Below are positions 1 through 64,000 of a stretch of 64,000 bases of DNA, in pieces; the first letter of the stretch is position 1; each line of letters begins with the position of its first letter. The DNA lies in contig CM052818.1 in the NCBI GenBank assembly GCA_028534125.1, positions 34,536,001 through 34,600,000 on the forward strand, written 5' to 3'. The stretch is from Lama glama. Its lineage: Eukaryota. The position numbers and the translations under genes were made by a program. The notes beneath the pieces were generated by a model, which saw nothing but the letters and a program-made list of their open reading frames with translations, was not told the origin of the DNA and ran no database searches.

Positions 1-3000
1 CCAGCAGTTTAATTCTAGCTGCCTACATGGGGCCCATGAGTTTGGGGTCATGGAGTGTGAGGTTCCAAGAGGAAACTGGTAGTTGGCCTCACAGCCCTGG
101 GTGTTATGTCTCACCCTCCTCACATAGGTGCTGGCCAGCCAGGCCGATCAGCTCTGGGGTCTGGGAAGAAGTCACTGTCTTCTGGGCCAAAGAGCCCTCC
201 AGAAAAAATTGGTCAACAGAGGAACAGGGAGAAGGAAGGGATGTATGTACCTGGGTGCTGACCCCAAGTCTTTCTTTGTCCGCATCTGCCCCTGTCTGCC
301 CCTCCTGGGAAAGCCCATCACTTTGTAGGTCAAGGTGCCTGATCTACAGGTTGTCCCTCTGTTGTTTTCCCAACAAAAAATCCTCATTGCTGGCAAGCGG
401 CAGTGTCTCACCTGGTCATCTGGACCCACAGGGCTCTGGTGTGGGAATCCATTCCTACCTGTCTGATGCAGCTGCGTGGGGCACTTGCTGGAGGAGGCTG
501 GGGCGGGGGTTTGGGAATGAGTGGCAGGAACCAACCTGAAGCCCAAGACTGGTGGCATGAGGAGTCCATTCCATGGATGGCAGAGAAGGCTGATGTGGGA
601 AAGTCTCCCTCCAAGGCCAGGGTCCCCCCAGCTGGGGTCCTGCCATCCACCCTCACCACCCCCTGGAAGAGGCCTCTGCAGGTACTCCCCCACTTAAAGG
701 CACTCCCTCCCAAGGCCTTAAGTCTCTTCCCAGAAGTTCCTCCCACTAGACCTCAGGGGATGTCTGCTGGCAGCCCCCACCCCAACACCATCCGCCTCAT
801 GTCAATCCTCTCCTCCCCTGGTTCCATCAGTCCCAGCCCCTGGTCAGTCACACACCCTCTGAACCACTTTGCCGGCTTCTCTAGTCCCTGCCTCCAAACT
901 GGAAGCCTCTGATTTCGGCCAGCTCTCTGCACAACACCCCCTGGAATGGTCCGGGAGGCAGTGCAGTGCCATGGAGAACATAGGGCTCGAACCCCAGCTC
1001 GGCTATTTAGAGCCCCACTTTCCCGTCTGTGAGATGGGGGTCCCTGAAGCCTCACAGGAGTGTTAGGATCAAGTGAGATAATACACGTGGGCCGCCCACA
1101 CAGCACCTGGCATGTGGCCAGGGCGCAGCCAGCGTCCCTTTCCGTCCTCCTCCCTCCCCAGCCTCACATTGCCCCACTCCAACCCTTTTCACCCTGAGCA
1201 GCATCTGAACTTTTGGCCCCAAATCCTTCTCAGCTGTGGCCACCCCACCCTACACCAAGGGCTTTGTGAACAACACTGCCGCAGCTGGAGCTCCCTAGCT
1301 GCCTGGGCCTGGGGCAGGGTCTCACTCCCCATGGGGCTCCCCTTGTCTTCCCAGCTGTCTGTGTTGCAGAGAAGGAATGAATTACTAACCCCATGGGCAC
1401 TTTGCTCTCAGAAGCACAAAATCAGGGTTCTGGGCCCTTGCGTGTCCATGTAGATTTCCCCTCCTCCAAGTGTCTGAAGAGAAAGGAGACTTGTGTCCTG
1501 AAGACACACACACATGCACACACACCCAAGGGCCGAGTGTTTGCACACGTGCACCTGCACATATATTCTCTCTCTGCCTGACTCCAGGGAGCTGCACACA
1601 CCACTGGGTTCTGGGCCAAGGACCACATCTTAGAACAAAGAAAGAAATGCAACTTTGATCTCGCAGCTGCACTCCAGAGACCTGGGGCTTTCGCAGATTC
1701 CCTGTATCTCGTGACTCTATCCACCTCATTTTCTGCAGCTACCTGGCCCTCCAGCCTTCCACGGCCCCACCTCCTTCTGCCCAGCCTCCCTTCCCAGTGT
1801 CCTTGGGGATGAGGGGTTTTCTGCTGGGCTCCCTTCTGCTGGGTCTCATTTGGGGAGAGGGTGAGGAGGGTCCACTCTTCCAGAGATCCCTGGAAGATAG
1901 GTACCTCCCTCCTAGGCCTGGGGCCAGGGGCCACCGGATGTGTGTGCGCGTGGCTGGGCGCTCTGACAGAGCTGGGCATGGGGCGTGTGCCCTGGGTGTG
2001 CACAGACGTGTGTATGGGGTCAGCACCCCCAGCCTCACCCCCAGAGTTCTGACCTATGAGTTCCCATGGCCCCGCCCTTGCCTCCCTCTTGAACTCCAGA
2101 AGCTGCAGGAGGAGCGAGGGTCAAGGCCATTCTGAGAGCTGGGATGAAGCGGTGTTCAGAGACTCCTCCCAAACCCAGCCGCTTCACCCGAGGTAGGGGC
2201 TCTCTTCACCCCTTGCCCAGGACTGAGTGATCAAATGAGGCCTAGCGCCATGATGCACTAGGGTCCCAGCAAACCCTAGACCCTGGGGAGGCTGCCATAT
2301 TGATCTTCTGCCCCACAGCTGCCCCTGTGGGGCACAGAGTGATGGGGTAGGCGCTGGGGGAGAGGCGGAGTGAAACCGGCAGAGAGAACGAGAGAGCGTT
2401 GGCTGAGAAACAGAACCTCCCTGGCCAGACTGGGTCCCTAGAAGCACAAAGTGGACTCTAGGAGGAAAGTCAGGCCCATCCAGGGCTTCACGGAGAGGTC
2501 CCCTAGCAACAAGGCTGGCCGTGAGGTCACACTTCTCAGCCCCACCCCTGGTGGCCAAGTGACTGAGGGCAGGCTGGGCCTCACTCCCTCATCTGGAAAA
2601 CAGGGTAATAACAGCTTCCGCCCTGTGAGGTGAAGGGCGTCAGTATGTCCAGGCACGCTCGCTTCCTCACCGCAGGGCCGTGCGGCTATTATTCACGTTA
2701 GGTGGAGTCATAGCGGTGCGGTAAAATCATGAGAGTATTATTTTTTCACAAGAATAGGGTCTTCTCCCTTCTCCATTTCCGCACTCAGAATGTGGACCTG
2801 TGTGTGGCCCCTTTGTTGGCCCAGAGGCCTGGAGTGTGTGAGGAGGGGTAGGTGGGCGTGTGCCAGGGGGGCTGTGCTGGGTGCCTGGTGGCCGGCACTC
2901 ACTGTGCCCTGGCCTGCTGTGTGCCTGGGAAGTCTCCGCCTGGGCCAGCCTGACACGTCTCTGCCACGTCAGAGCAAAACTCAAAGGGAAAGGAAAAAAG

Positions 3001-4188
3001 CACCGCATTTCATCATTCAAGCACACAGATTCCACCTTCTTGCCGACCCTTGCCCACTCACAGTGATACATCATTTCCCCTTCCTGTTCCTCTACTACAA
3101 GGCTTTTCAGACTTTTCAGGGTCACAGCATTCTTTAAAAAATAACCAACACGAATTCAGAGAAAGGCAGTCCTGCTGGGATTAATGTGAGGGTGGGGCCA
3201 GTAAATCTCCCATTCGGCCCTCATTCTCAAAAGCTCACTGGAGCCCCCACAGCTCTCAGTGGGTCCCAAGACCAGCCAGAGCCGAGGCCAGAGCAGTGCT
3301 GCTGAGATAATCTCCCCTTCTCTCTTCTCTGTCTGGTACTCTCAGCCGATTTCGGTAGCCAGAGACCTGACATATATTAACTCCATGGAAAAGAATTACA
3401 GGCTGACTAGCTAGCCTAATGGAAAGGACAACTGTGATCCATCTGGGCCCTTCCAGACCTGGCTGTTGGGGGTGGGAGTCCCTTCCACTTAGGCAAGGTC
3501 TGTGCCAGGACAGGGTGTGAGGAGAGGGGAAAAAATGCTAATTGTTATTTACCTCCTTTCCTTCAACCTCATTGCCGCAGCATGAGGGAAGCATTGAGAG
3601 AACATTCCAGAAGGGCTTTCTGGAGGCCTGTAGCTCACTCCCTATGCATGCCCAGACCCTCCCTGGCCCACCTTTGTTCTCTGAGGCCCTCAGGGCCTAC
3701 AAGCTCCCCACTCCATTGGAGGGGAGCAGGCATGGTGGGGAGAACAGGGTGACCTAGGCCCAGAGGGTGGCCAGGCTCACCTAACCTTGCGCTCCCTGTG
3801 GGACCTGCAACCCACATTCGGAAATCCCAGCCCCGGCCGCGGGGAGGAGGAGGTCCGCAGCTACCCAGAAGCCCCCCCATCAGGTTCTCCTGGGCTTGAG
3901 GTCAGTGGGAGAGTGGCTGCCAGCCCCTCCCCCAGCTGTGAGCTCCTTCCTGAGGAATGGGGACCACAGCCCCTCCCCTCTCTCCCCAGGCAAAGCCCAG
4001 GGCCAGGGGACGCCTGCCCAGCAGGCTTAGGCTTATTGAAGTAAAAGGCTGTGGGGTGAGGGGTCTCTGGGACAAGGAGGCCCCTGGGGAGTGGGGGGGG
4101 GGTCAGCAGGGCCGGGGCTAAGCCTGCAGTCTCTGGTTCACACCCTCTCACACATCCCCTTGTCTCCTCATTTCTTCCCCCAACTCAG

Positions 4189-47082
<42,894 letters not shown>

Positions 47083-47862
47083 AGGCCCCGTGGCCTCCCT
47101 GCGGCGCACCTCCTGGGCTGGTGCGTTCGCCCCTCCTCTGGCGTGGAGGCCTCGGGTCTCAGGGGCCTTGGTCCTGCTGGCTGGGCTGGTGACGCCCCCT
47201 CCCTGCCTGTCCTCATCACCTGAGCCTGCTGCTGGCCCAGTCCCAGCTCCCGGACCCTGCCTGCAGGGTGGGGAGTGTGGGGAGGGGCGGGGGCTGCACC
47301 ATGTTGCAGAGGCCCCCGAGGAGGCTGCCCCAAACCCTCCCCCTGGCCTACCAGTTGAGCACCAAAGCTTTAATGAAATTAACCAAGAATCCTGTCAGGG
47401 GCCAGTGCCCAGGGCTTTAAAAAGAATGAACAAACAAAAAGCATCACCCTCCTGTCCCCAGACAGAATCTTGCAAGGACAGCCGACGCCAGCAGTCTGGG
47501 CTCTGCAGAAGCGGGCCAGACCCTTTGCCCTAGCCCCGGGGGGTGGCCTCTTCCCCGGCTGCTCCTCTCTGCCCAGCAGCCTCAGCGCTGGGGGCTCAAG
47601 CCCAGTCCCTGCACAGTTTCTGGGTTTTCCCCGCTTCCCAGTGCTGCAGGCCTGGCCCAGGAGCAGTAAGCGTGAACCCCATGCACCACCCACCCCAAAC
47701 CCCCACCAGGTCACCTCCACCATGCCCTCCTCGCCCCAGAGGGCCCGCCCCTCCAGCCCTCCGGGTGCAGCTGGGAGTTTGTACTTGAAGTGCTGCCCCC
47801 TGCCTGCGTGAGCTGGGTTTCTCTTGGCTGTTTTTCCTTTCTTGAGTGGTGATTTTTCTCTC

Positions 47863-47868
47863 AATAAA
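47863..47868 (+). terminator. OTOF polyadenylation signal AATAAA
   Basis: Canonical AATAAA about 780 nt after the last stop codon. Confidence 0.8.
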
Positions 47869-48359
47869 AGAAATCAAACACTGAGCTGACAAATCTGCCG
47901 TTGGTCAAATGGGGGGACTGGTGTGGGGGCACAGGGCTGGCAGGCAAACTCAGCACAGGATGGGCCCCTAACCCTATGGGGGACTTTGTGGCCCTGGGCT
48001 CAAGGTGGGTCTGAGGTATAGGGCTGCCTGCCCAGGCTGCCCACGGGAGGATCCTTAAACCACAGCTCAGAGGAGCCACAAAAGTTTACCAAAAGGGTCC
48101 TGCAGGCCCAGGGACAGTCTGAAGGCATAGACCCCAAAATGGCCCAAAAGCACCAGCTGCTACCCACAGACACCAACTGCTCCCAAAAGCAAGCAGGGAG
48201 TCCGTGCCACCGGCCTGGTCCCACAGCTACGTGCCTGTTTTCACAGCACACTCTGAGGCTGGGGACAAAGTCCTCTCATGACACACAGGCGGGGCCCGGG
48301 GCCCGTGCCTCACTGGACCTGACCTCTTTAAAGAGATTCAGACACAATTTTTTAAAGAC

Positions 48360-48365
48360 TTTAAT
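48360..48365 (-). terminator. DRC1 polyadenylation signal ATTAAA
   Basis: tttaat on + strand, about 175 nt past the DRC1 stop; TG-rich sequence downstream on - strand. Confidence 0.65.
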
Positions 48366-48539
48366 CGTGACTGCAGGACACAGATAACTCCTCTGGTCAC
48401 CTTGTTGTGACAGGCCCTATGAAGGCGGCTCTGGGAAAGCCAGGGAGTGAGCCCAGGCAGCTGCCCGGGGGATCGCCCCCTCCGGCACCAGCGCCCATAC
48501 CAGTGTCAGCCCTAAAACACAGCCTCTCGAGGTCCAGCT

Positions 48540-64000
<15,461 letters not shown>

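Noticed and set aside
27..2660. Many overlapping 100-190 aa ORFs on both strands
   Set aside because: Low-complexity Pro/Gly/Ser/Trp-rich translations typical of GC-rich intron; no recognisable domain or exon structure.

Overview
Mammalian genomic DNA. Six copies of a tRNA-Ala-derived SINE resembling camelid Vic-1 point to a camelid (alpaca/llama/camel), which is an inference. The + strand carries most of OTOF (otoferlin): a 45-nt cassette exon at 4189-4233, then 42 exons from 10166 to 47082. I traced them by GT-AG boundaries and frame continuity. Exon numbers follow the human 47-exon model from memory; exons 1-5 lie upstream of the window. OTOF has two duplicated terminal transmembrane exons and a poly(A) signal at 47863. 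The - strand carries the last 10 exons of DRC1/CCDC164 (64000 to stop at 48540), convergent with OTOF and ending about 0.5 kb from it. Introns hold SINEs, L1/L2/MIR fragments, MER DNA transposons, an MLT LTR and a 100-N assembly gap inside a TSD-flanked L1. Most ORF-track entries are spurious GC-rich ORFs or exon read-throughs. I found no new gene system. The best leads are in splicing and regulation: a four-site UGCAUG (RBFOX) cluster, a 20-aa alternative insert lacking its RXR motif, candidate unannotated exons, a 110-nt AG-exclusion zone, an intronic promoter-like element, an 18-bp perfect hairpin and a shifted DRC1 acceptor.
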